DNA of 64,000 nt from an uncultured Nitrososphaerales archaeon (GTDB lineage Archaea > Thermoproteota > Nitrososphaeria > Nitrososphaerales > Nitrososphaeraceae): the NCBI GenBank assembly GCA_963841565.1, contig CAWJCY010000006.1, forward strand, positions 32,001 through 96,000, written 5' to 3'. This document shows, one piece after another, positions 24,296-34,981 of the stretch. Position numbers and translations under genes: made by a program. Each line of letters starts with the position of its first letter. Position 1 is the first letter of the stretch. The notes beneath the pieces are model-generated. The model saw only the letters and a list, made by a program, of their open reading frames with translations, was not told where the DNA came from and did not search any database.

Positions 24296-24559
24296 TTATG
24301 GCTGAGACCTTAACTTATCTCCTTGTCCTTCAATCACTATCATTGTAAGAGTCGATCTAACCTTATCAATTCTTCTCACGTGCCAAGTTATGGTTTCTCT
24401 CAGTTTATCCATAGAATCGGCTCTTATCTTCACAATTATGTCATAAACACCGTATACTCCGCTTAATTCAACAACCTCATTTAATCTCCTCAGCTCCTTT
24501 AGAATTTCCTCCTCTGAGCCAAGGTCGCAATTTATAAGCACATAAGCTGTTGGCATCAA
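24296..24559 (-). CDS. Stand-alone Lrp/AsnC ligand-binding domain protein (paralog of 19983..20228)
   Basis: AYVLINCDLG...YGVYDIIVKI...DSMDKLRETITWHVRRIDKVRSTLTMIV. Confidence 0.9.
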   Translation of the reverse strand: MMPTAYVLINCDLGSEEEILKELRRLNEVVELSGVYGVYDIIVKIRADSMDKLRETITWHVRRIDKVRSTLTMIVIEGQGDKLRSQP

Positions 24560-24817
24560 TAATTTAAGTCATGATCGGTGTATTAATCCTTTTAGGTCAC
24601 GCACCGCTGACAACAATCTTTTTCGAATAACTTTCGATAACAGGAGATGATCAATAAATCTCTTCCGACAACTGGGCAAAATCTTTCATATATATACGAA
24701 GTGTCAGCAAGATGACCTGTAGTCTAATATGCTCAATGCATGAAACATTTTGGAATGACCTGACTTTTAGGTACCAGTCCGAATGGATGTCTTCTAAAGC
24801 GAGAATCTCAATTTCCC

Positions 24818-25105
24818 TTAAACTTGAGGTTTGTAAATCTCTGAATCCAGTTTGTGCTTTCTAGCGACTACGAGAAGGAGTATCCCAAATAATAGAAGAA
24901 CTATTGCAATACCTTGTGCGTTTCCGTTCGGAACCAAGATGAAGTATGAAATGGAAAATGCAAAGCTAGTTAATGATTGAAGAGAGTACTTCAAGAAATC
25001 TGTTAAGGCGAGCTTCTTTCCTAGGTAGCCCACCACGAAGAAGGCCACAGTGGGGTAAATCGCAAGAAGTAGGAACTGATCAATGTCAACCCCATTGTGC
25101 GTCAT
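24818..25105 (-). CDS. Small membrane protein (3 TM)
   Basis: Hydrophobic 95-aa ORF. Confidence 0.65.
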   Translation of the reverse strand: MTHNGVDIDQFLLLAIYPTVAFFVVGYLGKKLALTDFLKYSLQSLTSFAFSISYFILVPNGNAQGIAIVLLLFGILLLVVARKHKLDSEIYKPQV

Positions 25106-25179
25106 TTTTGATTGCCTTAGTTAAGGCCCATGAAGAATATTTGCGTTACTCAAGACCATCTCTTTGGCATGGATCGCAA

Positions 25180-25806
25180 CTATGGAGCCAGGATTTGGAT
25201 CTCCTCAACAAAGCCATTCCGTGTTAATGCTCTAGCATTCTCCGATGGCAGTAATGCAATGTCTTCTTCGACATAAGGCCCATATGCAACCATATCTATT
25301 CCCATGAATCGGTCAATCGGCTTGATAAACCTGACAGGTACGCGTTTATGACTCAGCATATTTGATATTTTGTCCAAAACTACCGGTCTTCCTGCTAGGA
25401 TAGCCGACAAGATCATCTCGATTCTATTCTGTGTTTCCAAGCTCCCATCCAGCACAAATTTCTCTTCCCTAGTCATATTGGAATAATCAATCATTTCTAA
25501 CTCATTTTTTTGCCCCTCACGAAAGTCCGCCTTTCGGCTTGCCTCGATCTTGGCATATCTGGTTTCAAAAAGCAATCTTATGGCATTGAATAGGAGTTCT
25601 ATCTGCGCCTTTGCGATTTGTTCTTCTTCCGCAAATTCCTTTGAAGACCCTCGTAGCGTTTCAATGCGTGCAGTAACTTCATGATAGATATTCACTGGGA
25701 GATTCTGTAGCGAATCGGTGTTAATTTCCTTTATCAACAATGTACACAGATACTTAAGTGAGATCGGTGCGTCATCTTTATGTACCGGGCGTCCAGTCGG
25801 TTCCAT
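25180..25806 (-). CDS. GINS complex subunit (GINS51/AB-type)
   Basis: Helical A domain (LQNLPVNIY, RYAKI, MTREEK) plus C-terminal B domain (VRFIKPIDRFMGIDMVAYGPY...DIALLPSENARAL). Confidence 0.85.
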   Translation of the reverse strand: MEPTGRPVHKDDAPISLKYLCTLLIKEINTDSLQNLPVNIYHEVTARIETLRGSSKEFAEEEQIAKAQIELLFNAIRLLFETRYAKIEASRKADFREGQKNELEMIDYSNMTREEKFVLDGSLETQNRIEMILSAILAGRPVVLDKISNMLSHKRVPVRFIKPIDRFMGIDMVAYGPYVEEDIALLPSENARALTRNGFVEEIQILAP

Positions 25807-25952
25807 CTTAACCTATGTCTTTGCTGGAGGCCCTTTTACTTATTGTTTATTGGATGATGAACTAATTGCGAGATCGAGCAAAAGGATAGTCATTATCTTC
25901 AGCCAACAAGGGAAAATGCTTTTAAAACCACAAAGGTACTACTCTGATTATC

Positions 25953-26237
25953 ATGTCAAGTCATCCGGATGAGAAATCATCGACAGGGTATGGAAATCTC
26001 ATCCCAGTAGCGTGGTCCATTTTGGTAATGGGTATATCACTAGCAATAGTCATTGTGCTGTATGTTTGGTTCGGATATCTAGGACCTACGTTTTCAGAAG
26101 ACGTTCTTATAGAGCAACAGACTGATCTGAGAGAGCGATATGATCTTCCACCTCAAGAAGTCATTACGGATCCTGAAGTTCTACTAACTCCTCCTTCATT
26201 GCGGGGTGTGAGCGGGGAGAATAACAGCGCAACCTAA
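25953..26237 (+). CDS. Single-TM hypothetical protein
   Basis: One TM helix; TTTTAAAA box upstream. Confidence 0.65.
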   Translation: MSSHPDEKSSTGYGNLIPVAWSILVMGISLAIVIVLYVWFGYLGPTFSEDVLIEQQTDLRERYDLPPQEVITDPEVLLTPPSLRGVSGENNSAT

Positions 26238-26357
26238 GGCAAAACCGCATTATTGAGACGTTATACGAGTTTCGTACAATCCTAAAACCGGAGATTAGAA
26301 TGTTCAAATATTCTGTAGCCTCTAAGTGGATTAATACATGCCCAGTCTTTGTCAATA

Positions 26358-26789
26358 TCACTGTTTTTGAATTTTCTTGGGATAGTTCCTGAGTTTATCT
26401 AGTAGATCAAAATACATTCCAATCAGTTCAATCCGTTGCCTCTCATTATTTAGGTCACTGGACTCACTCTTCATGAGCTTGAATTGTTCAGCTATCCGTT
26501 CCTCGATCTCTTCTACAAAAGTATGAGCCAAAAAAGAGTGATTATCGTGAAATTGGTCCTCTACTTTACTGACTTGCTGCTCAGACGCGGCCTTTGCTGC
26601 GATTTCGTCTGCAGGCTGTTGTTTTCCGCAATTTATGCAGATTATCTCATTCTTGTACTTGATTTGAACGCCTTTACATATCGCACAGGGCGCGCTCAAT
26701 AAAGAGCCACCTTTTAGAAGAAACGAAACTGCGTCTTTCATATCGGACTTTCCTTCTGTTCCTACGTCCCTTGATCTACTAGAATCCAT
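26358..26789 (-). CDS. Zn-finger protein, autoantigen p27/UPF0148 family
   Basis: LLKGGSLLSAPCAICKG...IICINC followed by a coiled segment. Confidence 0.8.
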   Translation of the reverse strand: MDSSRSRDVGTEGKSDMKDAVSFLLKGGSLLSAPCAICKGVQIKYKNEIICINCGKQQPADEIAAKAASEQQVSKVEDQFHDNHSFLAHTFVEEIEERIAEQFKLMKSESSDLNNERQRIELIGMYFDLLDKLRNYPKKIQKQ

Positions 26790-27001
26790 ACATTATTACC
26801 ATATTTTGTTTCAATTCCTTGAAGACTTTTCAAAAAAGCCTCACTGGGAAATGGGTGCACCTAATAAGACGAACGGATATATAAATAACATAGGATAGAA
26901 CAAAATTCGAAAAATTCCAATATTCGAATTTGCCCTAAAAAATCAGCCAATTAGATGAAAATAACCAATATAAGCATTAGCGGTGGTCTCGTAGAGGAAA
27001 T

Positions 27002-27166
27002 ATGACTGATAAAGAGTTCGAAAGGATCATATCTTTTATTGTGAATGAAAACGTGGTACGACGTCTTCTCAACTCAGTCGATCAATCTAATAAACCGAAT
27101 GGACATGTTGGAGCCCATATCAAAGTTGATACACAAAATAACAACCTCATAAAATTTCTTAATTGA
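27002..27166 (+). CDS. Putative 54-aa small protein (below ORF-track cutoff)
   Basis: MTDKEFERIISFIVNENVVRRLLNSVDQSNKPNGHVGAHIKVDTQNNNLIKFLN; GAGG just upstream and ATATAAG ~30 nt upstream. Confidence 0.35.
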   Translation: MTDKEFERIISFIVNENVVRRLLNSVDQSNKPNGHVGAHIKVDTQNNNLIKFLN

Positions 27167-27293
27167 AAAGTACTGAATAAGCTTTTAAACTTAAATATGT
27201 TATTGTAACCAATCCAAATAACAACCGTGAGGCCCTTTAGTACAGAATAGAACGCTTTTTAATCTTAAGGAGAGTACTTAATCATAACGAGCA

Positions 27294-28007
27294 ATGGAAG
27301 TAAATCAAATCAGAGAACCTGAAGTGAATAGACCCATAATGATAGCAGCGATGCAGGATATGGGGAATGTAGGAAGTATTGCGATAGATTTTTTGAAGAA
27401 AAGTCTTAAAGCGATCCCATTTCGCTTCGTGTGTTCGAATTATCCGAACTATGTCATGGATAGAGGAGGTTACATTGAATTTAACCCAGAAAGATGGGAT
27501 TATTGCTATGGAGAGAATATGATCCTTTTTGGCGGCGGTTACGGACAACCTCAGAGTAACGAAGAATTGACCTATCTGTGTAATGATGTGATCAATGTTG
27601 CTAAGAAGTATTCTGCTCAGATAATCTATACGTGCGGGGCCTTTCATTCTGACTCGAATTTTGGGAAAAGTCCAAGGACCTATGCGACTACAAACTCACA
27701 AGCCTTAACAGAGCAGATTACGCGTCTTGGGATATCTAAGACGGAAAGACCCTCATATATCACAGGATTTAATGGATCAATTCTTGGATTTTCGAAAGTA
27801 AATGGGATCAAGGCAATTGGGCTTTATGCAGAGATCCAAGAGCCCCAAATCCCTCAATATAGATCGGCTAAGAGCATAATCCACCTTCTAGAAAAGTTGA
27901 CATATCATAAAATAGATGGAATTAACGAACTAGATGTGATGGGAGAAGCTGTCGACAAAGAAATGGAAAGAATAAAAAGACAAGAAACTGAAAATAGCAC
28001 TTCATAG
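27294..28007 (+). CDS. PAC2-family (proteasome assembly chaperone-like) protein
   Basis: DMGNVGSIAIDFL, GYGQPQ, IYTCGAF, ITGFNGSILG, GLYAE. Confidence 0.85.
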   Translation: MEVNQIREPEVNRPIMIAAMQDMGNVGSIAIDFLKKSLKAIPFRFVCSNYPNYVMDRGGYIEFNPERWDYCYGENMILFGGGYGQPQSNEELTYLCNDVINVAKKYSAQIIYTCGAFHSDSNFGKSPRTYATTNSQALTEQITRLGISKTERPSYITGFNGSILGFSKVNGIKAIGLYAEIQEPQIPQYRSAKSIIHLLEKLTYHKIDGINELDVMGEAVDKEMERIKRQETENSTS

Positions 28008-28079
28008 AAACAAGAATTGGTCAAGTTTTAAACATTACATGACCGTCAACGAAATTTAGTCCAAGTTAGACGTGTTCTA

Positions 28080-29153
28080 TTATCGTTCCCTTTTCCCTTC
28101 AACGAATTCTAGAAACTTCTCTTTAGCATCTAGGTAATGCATCTGAACTGGTGGATGTTTAAAACAATATGCGGACACACTCTCTAACGGACCGGTAATA
28201 TTCCTATCCATTGCTAGCTTTACCCCTCTAATTGCGTCTACCATCACCCCCGCGCTGTTGTACGCATCCACAACTTTTAGCTTCAAGTCCAGCTCAACTG
28301 GGATTTTGCCAAAGTACTTGCCTCTAATCGATAAGTAACAAATCTTGTCATTGTTAAGAAATCCAACATAATCTGAAGGGCCGATTCGTGTTGGAATAGG
28401 ATAAGGTGACATTGCTTGAACTGCAGAAGTCTTGCTAATTCTCTTATCTTCTAACCTATCTTCATCAAGCATGTTATAGAAGTCCATATCTCCGCCTACA
28501 TTTAGCTGATAAGTATCATCAATTTTGACCCCTCTATCAACGAACAACTTTACCAGGCTTTTGTGTACGACAGTTGCACCAAGTTGGCTCATTACATCAT
28601 CACCTGCGCAAACGAGCCCCCTACCTTCAAAAGACTGCTGCCATTTAGGTGCCGAGGCGATAAAAACAGGGATAGCATTTATGAACGAAACCTTTCGAGT
28701 CTCCAGACATTGCTCAGCGTAGAATTGCGTAGCGAGTCTGCTTCCGACTGGAAGATAGTTCAAGAGTATTTCAGCTCCGCTGTCCTTTAGTATGCCTGCT
28801 ACATTAGAATCAGGGACCTCTGAAGCCCTTACTTTTTCTAGGTAATGCTTACCAAGACCGTCCAGCACGGAGCCTTTCTCGACTCTAACATCTAGCTTGT
28901 CTAGTCCATTAATTATATTCGGTGTATTATTGGGTTCTGCATATATCGCCTCCGAAAGATCCTTCCCCACTTTACCCTCAGTGACATCAAATGCTGCAAC
29001 AAATTCGATATCACCAGGATCAATTCCACCAAGCGAGTATTCGGTTAGGCCAATTGCGTCAGACCTATTCGCACTATAGTAGTGAATTCCTTGAATAAGG
29101 GCGGAAGCACAATTCCCGATCCCGGCAATAGCAACACGAACTTTTCTTGACAT
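28080..29153 (-). CDS. ino1: Myo-inositol-1-phosphate synthase
   Basis: IAGIGNCASALIQG, NYLPVGS, GDDVMSQLGAT, YQLNVGGDMDF, KRISKT, FKHPP. Confidence 0.95.
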   Translation of the reverse strand: MSRKVRVAIAGIGNCASALIQGIHYYSANRSDAIGLTEYSLGGIDPGDIEFVAAFDVTEGKVGKDLSEAIYAEPNNTPNIINGLDKLDVRVEKGSVLDGLGKHYLEKVRASEVPDSNVAGILKDSGAEILLNYLPVGSRLATQFYAEQCLETRKVSFINAIPVFIASAPKWQQSFEGRGLVCAGDDVMSQLGATVVHKSLVKLFVDRGVKIDDTYQLNVGGDMDFYNMLDEDRLEDKRISKTSAVQAMSPYPIPTRIGPSDYVGFLNNDKICYLSIRGKYFGKIPVELDLKLKVVDAYNSAGVMVDAIRGVKLAMDRNITGPLESVSAYCFKHPPVQMHYLDAKEKFLEFVEGKRER

Positions 29154-29301
29154 AGAATATACCGGATCTGAAAGTATTGGCTCACATATAAATCAGAGAA
29201 AGAAAATGAAAACGACTATGACGATTCCGTGGATTCTATATCCTATCAAATCGGAGTATCGAAGATCAAATATATTCTCCGAGATGATCTAAATTGCGAG
29301 A

Positions 29302-29752
29302 TTGAAAAAACCTCCACAATGTTCTTCTTTTCGCCTAACAGTACAAACACATATTCACCTGACTGAATCTGCAGATAAGCTAGAAGCGGCACTTAAAAAA
29401 GTAATTCCAGTATCTACAACAAATGTAGAGAGGAAAATTATTTTGGTGGGAACGTCCAATCAAGTTGAATCTCTTTCGATCATATACGAACAAGTTAAGT
29501 CGCGGAGAACCGTCTCGGGTACTAAGAAGAATGCTGATTAACAACCTGGATGGGAACACTACTTCCTTTATTTTAAACAAGCAGGCAGCGGCCGCAGGAG
29601 TGGTAGCCTTGATAGACAGAGAGAGCGAATCACCCCTTGGTGGGCTTAGAATACAGATTCAATGTCAGCCAATACAACAAGTAATCGATTGGCTGACTTA
29701 CGCTTTAGATGCAGACAAACATCAAAAATATAGTGAGTTATATGAGCGCTGA
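29302..29752 (+). CDS. RNA-binding domain protein (DUF54/UPF0201), split by one extra G at ~29517-29519
   Basis: ORF 29302 (IHLTESADKLEAAL...RRTVS) continues into ORF 29465 (VLRRML...LNKQAAAAG...ESPLG...IDWLT) if one G of tcgggt is removed. Confidence 0.8.
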
Positions 29753-29828
29753 TCGGATGAATGCGGTGCAGTGAGATCTACTAATTTCCTCTATAGGCTA
29801 TTAAGGCGAGTATCCTCTTCACATGGCA

Positions 29829-30704
29829 TTATTCTGCAGATAGATCCCAATAGTTAGCGTCCTTGAATTCTGCCTTTGGCTTGCCTAATGCCTTCCATTC
29901 CTTAAATGATTTTGCATACAATCTTACATTTTTCAGGCCAGCAAGTTTGAGTCCATAGTAAACTAAACCCGATAGTGTGCCAACGCTGCCACAGTAAGTT
30001 ACTAGTTCTGAATTTTCATGTATGCCTCTATTTTGCAACAAACGTCTAATATCGTCGCTTTTGCTCAGAACCTTCCCATCTGCTCTAAGCATAGTATACG
30101 GAAGATTCACTGCTTCTGGAATATGTTCAGAAAGAAAATTAAGTCGTTCTCTAGAATCAATTAACACCTTATTTGATGCCGCTTCTTCAACATAGGCGAG
30201 GTCAGCATATATCGATTGATTAATTCTCAGAGGATGAGGTTGCCACTTGTAACTGTTTAACTTTTTTTCAGTGCGAAATCCCATACTTTTCCACTGAGCG
30301 AACGTGACTTCTAATATGGATGAATGTTGATGACCTACATATTGAAATGTCCACGCAACTCGTGCAGCCAACGCTCCGAATGTATCATCATAGGTAACCA
30401 CAGGTAAGTCCTCATTTACTCCAATGTCTTGTAACAATTCGATGCATCGAGCTGGGCTTTCTTTCTCCAAGATCTTTGCTAACGGCAGGGAAACTGCCCC
30501 TGGTATGTGTTCTCTGACATATTCCTCTTCCTTCCGTACATCGACCACTCTTACATTCTTCTTTCTTATCAGAATAGACAGGGTATTGACATCGCAGACA
30601 GTATCGGGAATCGAATAATACTTAGATTCTAGACCACTACCTCTGCCTCGGTGTGTCTTGTCCTGTTTTTGACTACCCATGGGCAAAGCCTTTTTCGACG
30701 TCAT
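29829..30704 (-). CDS. Tandem-domain rhodanese/sulfurtransferase
   Basis: VVDVR..EY..HIPGA, LIDSR..HIPEA, active-site loop YCGSVG, YAKSFKEW. Confidence 0.9.
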   Translation of the reverse strand: MTSKKALPMGSQKQDKTHRGRGSGLESKYYSIPDTVCDVNTLSILIRKKNVRVVDVRKEEEYVREHIPGAVSLPLAKILEKESPARCIELLQDIGVNEDLPVVTYDDTFGALAARVAWTFQYVGHQHSSILEVTFAQWKSMGFRTEKKLNSYKWQPHPLRINQSIYADLAYVEEAASNKVLIDSRERLNFLSEHIPEAVNLPYTMLRADGKVLSKSDDIRRLLQNRGIHENSELVTYCGSVGTLSGLVYYGLKLAGLKNVRLYAKSFKEWKALGKPKAEFKDANYWDLSAE

Positions 30705-30710
30705 ATCAAA

Positions 30711-32549
30711 CTAAGCGGCACATTCGCCTCTAGCTGTTTTTGCACTAAATCTTGTATCGCTCCCGTAATCCTGGTACGCTTCAGGGTGCTGATCTACTGA
30801 TGGAAGCTGCACAACATCTGCTAAGGCTCTCTTAATATCTTCGATGTCGTGGACAGAGCCGATCGCTTCACCTTTCAATACTTTGTCTACCCAGTGGCGA
30901 AGTGTTTCACCTTCACTATGCTCATTCCTATAGATTTCTATTATTTTGAGAACTGTATCAATCACTCGCTTTGCAGGAACACGCATTATGACCCGCCCTA
31001 ATTCTCCTCTTTCTCCTGCCGAGCCTCCAAACATCATAGTGTAAGTCGGGGCCATTACATTGCCTATCCTAGATGCCCCGCCAAAGAAGCCTATAGTCGC
31101 TATTTCGTGCTGTCCACATGAGTTTGGACATCCACTAATTTTGATTGTACTATCAAGGAGCATATCATCTGTATCTAGGCCTAATTCTAGGAACTTGTAT
31201 TGGATCTCTTTGGCCATACGATGCGAGTTTGTTATGGCTAAATTACAGGAAGTAGTCCCAGAACAGCCGACTGCAGATGTAATGGTCAAAGCCCCCGGGT
31301 TTGACAATCCCACTGATGCCAATCGGTTGTAAAATTCAGGTAAATCATTGGCATTAACGTATCTGATAGCGAAGTTCTGTTGTGGAGTATTTCTAGCTCC
31401 ACCTTCCATCGATAGTTCGCGGATAGTTCCGGCCAATACTCGCAACTGGTTTGCGGTAATGTCACCAGCACCGAGTGTGACAAATACCGTATAATATCCA
31501 GCCTGTTTCTGAGCGATCACATTGGAGTGAACCCATCTCTCGTATGCACTAGTGTTAGACGTATCTCGTTCACTATACATACGCAGTTTAGTCCCGTTAC
31601 GAATTTCCTTGGGCAAGAATTGATCGTCTTCTTCGGCGGCTAAACTGAACATACTTTCCGTGCTGTGAGCAGTTGTCATCATGACTATAGACCTTTCTTT
31701 GAGCGCCATCTTTTGGAATTTTTCCCATCCCATTTCATTCACCAGATACCGCATTCTATTCCTGGCCATATTTTCTCTATTCCCATTCCTGTCAAAGAGT
31801 CTAATGACTGCCATACACGTAGCCAAGAGCTTGTCTTCAGACGTGAACTCCTCTAGCAAATGACCTATAAAGGAAGCAGCACCTAAACCTCCTCCAAGAT
31901 AGATCCTAAAGCCTCGTGAGCCATCTTTTGTCATCGGGACAAGACCGATATCTGCAATTCTAACCAGTCCATGCTTCTCACAGCACGCGAAGTTGATCTT
32001 AAACTTCCTCGGTAGGTTTTGGCACATAGGATTGCGTAGGAAGAATCGCGCTATAGCCTTAGAATAAGGAGTAGAATCAAATTCTTCATCTGGACAGACT
32101 CCCGCAAGGTGGCTACACATCACATTCCTAACGGTGTTACCACAGGCCTCTCGACTCGTCAGGCCAACTTCAACCAATCCTCTCATAACCTCACTGACAT
32201 CTTCAAGCTGAACCCAATGTAGCTGAATATTTTGTCTGGTAGATACATGTGCTGATCCGATCGAAAATGCTTCCGACAAAGAAGCTAATTTTTCTAATTG
32301 TATTGGGAGTATTTCACCGCCAGGAACTTTAATCCTTACCATACTGTAATCCATTTGGAGACGTGAGCCATATGCGCCGTGTTGTAATCGAAATCTGCGG
32401 AAATCATCTTCTGATAGTTTGCCAGTCCTGAATAACTTTACTCTCTCAGCAAAAATATTAGTTTCCTCCTCCTTTCCCCAGCGAGGATTTGGCCGGGGTT
32501 TAGGAATATGTTTTTGATGAGAATGACTAGCATCTTTTCTCGTTTTCAA
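30711..32549 (-). CDS. Ferredoxin-dependent sulfite/nitrite reductase (siroheme-4Fe4S)
   Basis: STRQNIQLH, NLPRKFK, CSGTTSC...SGCPNSC, two-repeat NIR/SIR architecture. Confidence 0.93.
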   Translation of the reverse strand: MKTRKDASHSHQKHIPKPRPNPRWGKEEETNIFAERVKLFRTGKLSEDDFRRFRLQHGAYGSRLQMDYSMVRIKVPGGEILPIQLEKLASLSEAFSIGSAHVSTRQNIQLHWVQLEDVSEVMRGLVEVGLTSREACGNTVRNVMCSHLAGVCPDEEFDSTPYSKAIARFFLRNPMCQNLPRKFKINFACCEKHGLVRIADIGLVPMTKDGSRGFRIYLGGGLGAASFIGHLLEEFTSEDKLLATCMAVIRLFDRNGNRENMARNRMRYLVNEMGWEKFQKMALKERSIVMMTTAHSTESMFSLAAEEDDQFLPKEIRNGTKLRMYSERDTSNTSAYERWVHSNVIAQKQAGYYTVFVTLGAGDITANQLRVLAGTIRELSMEGGARNTPQQNFAIRYVNANDLPEFYNRLASVGLSNPGALTITSAVGCSGTTSCNLAITNSHRMAKEIQYKFLELGLDTDDMLLDSTIKISGCPNSCGQHEIATIGFFGGASRIGNVMAPTYTMMFGGSAGERGELGRVIMRVPAKRVIDTVLKIIEIYRNEHSEGETLRHWVDKVLKGEAIGSVHDIEDIKRALADVVQLPSVDQHPEAYQDYGSDTRFSAKTARGECAA

Positions 32550-32801
32550 TTTATCTTACCTCCACGCAAAAACCATATATTGTTTGTGGAAGAGAGGTGA
32601 GAATGAAAGGAAATGGCTGTTCTGCGGCAAGAATCGACCTCTAACCAGCGTGCATACGATCCCTGATGCTGAAACTTTGCCTTAAAACCTCACTTAAATG
32701 ATTCTTGTGCGATTCTAGTCGACGCTAAAAAGCTTACTAACATTTCAACTAAATACTCTTACACTTATATTTCAAACATATTCTGATATGATGAAGAGGT
32801 T

Positions 32802-33329
32802 ATGGGAAAGCTAAATTTTCCTAAGGAATTAAAGTATATCATAATTGCCGTGGTTATAGTGGCTCTTGTTTGGGTAGCAATTAGACTCTCCTTTGGAGTG
32901 ATAAACCCCTTTTATGTTGTAGCTAGTGAAAGCATGGTGCCGAGACTAAATGTGGGGGACTTTGTGGTTGTAAGCCACAACATCCCTTTTGACGATTTGA
33001 ATGAAGGTGATATCATAGTCTTTAAAGAACCAGTACCTGATGGAGAAGAAGCGGATGCTATAGTGCATCGAGTTAACGAGATCTTGACTGATCCGGAAGA
33101 CAACCTCGTGATCGTTACGAAAGGCGACGCTAATTCGGGTTCTATCCCTGGCATAGACTTTCCCATTTACGAATCAAATTACGTTGGGAAGGTAGTTATG
33201 GATATTCCAAAACTAGGCTTAGTAACCAAAGCAATAAGCCCGCCAGTTAACTATATTATCATAGCTATAATACTTGTGATCCTATTCTTTCTATTTAAAA
33301 AAGGTAAAGACAAAGACAAGGCACGGTGA
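32802..33329 (+). CDS. sec11: Signal peptidase I (Sec11-type)
   Basis: VASESMVP, GDIIVF, IVHRV, TKGDAN. Confidence 0.93.
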   Translation: MGKLNFPKELKYIIIAVVIVALVWVAIRLSFGVINPFYVVASESMVPRLNVGDFVVVSHNIPFDDLNEGDIIVFKEPVPDGEEADAIVHRVNEILTDPEDNLVIVTKGDANSGSIPGIDFPIYESNYVGKVVMDIPKLGLVTKAISPPVNYIIIAIILVILFFLFKKGKDKDKAR

Positions 33330-33536
33330 TGACGGCGGTATATTGTGGAAAACTGGTGTAGAAAAAAAGATTGTATAACTATCCAGATATTGGTCTTGAG
33401 TTTAGTGACATCAGTCCAATCAATACCTTCCCGATAAAAAGAATTCAATACTATTTCCGCAATGTTCCTATACCTTCAGCCAGCAACGAATAGTTAATTG
33501 ATTGACACATAAATACTGAACAGTAACATATTCGAT

Positions 33537-33719
33537 ATGAAATTGGATAGCATCAGATGCGGCTGTAGATGTATTAAATGTAAAGAAACAAAATTGATGG
33601 GTTTTACTTTTAGGTCTTCTGATGGTTACGATGAAATCCATCATACATGTTTAGCCTGTGGGATTCACTTCAACCATCTCGATGGTGAGACGTACGTTAA
33701 TTGTAAAATGTGTACCTAA
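33537..33719 (+). CDS. Small Cys-rich zinc-binding protein
   Basis: CGCRCIKC...HHTCLACGIHFNHLDGE...CKMC; TAAATA box upstream. Confidence 0.65.
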   Translation: MKLDSIRCGCRCIKCKETKLMGFTFRSSDGYDEIHHTCLACGIHFNHLDGETYVNCKMCT

Positions 33720-33907
33720 CATTGAATGTTTACTTCGATCTAAACCCATCTACGAGCTTCTTATGATAGATTGAATTGCAAATTCTGTCGGTTTCTTCGG
33801 CCGGAAACTTCCTTACTTTTTTAATCCTTTTCTTGTCATAAATGGTTGATAGGAACATGAAACAAATTGGACAAACTTCCTCCAACAATCAAACACCCCA
33901 TTGAAGG

Positions 33908-34444
33908 CTATTTCATAATCGGTACTGTGATTGAAGACCGACTTTGATTACGGGAAGCGCCAATAAAGGGCATAGGGAATTCAGGAAGATTTGATTCAAC
34001 AAATCCTTCATTTCTAAATTCGTATGTTTTTCCATCATAGGTGCACTTGATCATGGAGATGTCCTCGATATTTCCTACTTTTTCAATCGATTTGTAGTAT
34101 TCAACAAGTTTCCGAGGCTCATAAACGGTTTGCCCTTTCCTCACATAACGTTTTTTCTTCATAAACTTAAATGCAAATATTGTATATCTACGCTTGTAGT
34201 AGCCAAACATGTTCTGGATCAAGATGCACCGTCGAATCTGATCTTGAGGTATATAGAGAGCATCACCTGTTCCTGACTTCGCTTCTATGGACAACAAAAC
34301 CGACTTCTTGTTATTAACCGCGACTATGTCAGGAAGGCCAGCACTAGATCCTCCCAGCCTTCTTGCACACCAGTCTCCGATATTGAGACGTTGTACCAAG
34401 GAATGCTCGTAACTATATCCTCTACTTCTGCGAAAGCTGCTCAA
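33908..34444 (-). CDS. Hjc-like PD-(D/E)xK nuclease (resolvase-like)
   Basis: RGYSYE, RRLGGSS..LPDIVA, IEAKS, YIPQDQ. Confidence 0.82.
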   Translation of the reverse strand: MSSFRRSRGYSYEHSLVQRLNIGDWCARRLGGSSAGLPDIVAVNNKKSVLLSIEAKSGTGDALYIPQDQIRRCILIQNMFGYYKRRYTIFAFKFMKKKRYVRKGQTVYEPRKLVEYYKSIEKVGNIEDISMIKCTYDGKTYEFRNEGFVESNLPEFPMPFIGASRNQSRSSITVPIMK

Positions 34445-34981
34445 TCCGATTCAATAACCTGCCTTTATGTAAATTATACCCAAGCATAATCTAGTCAGTA
34501 TCAAATCGGAAGAAACCAGATTGTCTGTAATATACTTTATCATCATGATGTGTTGGTATGTTCTGGAGTTTATATCAGTATGTTAGTGTTAGAAAATTAT
34601 AAGGTCAGAACTTGTAGGCCATGTTTGAGTGAATGAGTATTATTTTCCCAGTCTCCCTCTTATTGATTTCATTCCCAATATTGAAACTGCTTGGGTTGAC
34701 ACTGAGTTTCCCCTTCTGTTTCACAAGGACTTGATGGCCTAATTTCAGGGTTAAACATTTAGTAACAGCGGGAACATTAAACGAACAGATCATGGGGTCG
34801 AAATTACATTTCAGAAATCCAATTTCATTGTGCTAGGAAAAATTTGCTGGTTCAAGGATTTTCAGACGTAAGTACAACTCGCAATCAAATACAATCAGGG
34901 CTATCTAAGAAATGGCCAAGTCCTTGATCTACTTTTAACACTTATAAGTAATCCAGTACTAATTCGACGACCATTACTGAG

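Noticed and set aside
24709-24763. AAGATGA...CTCA..TGCATGA...CTGA as a C/D-box sRNA
   Set aside because: Boxes are degenerate, guides are atypically long and no target was recognised
32555-32645. Imperfect hairpins upstream of the sulfite reductase as a riboswitch-like leader
   Set aside because: Pairing is short and imperfect and matches no motif I recognise
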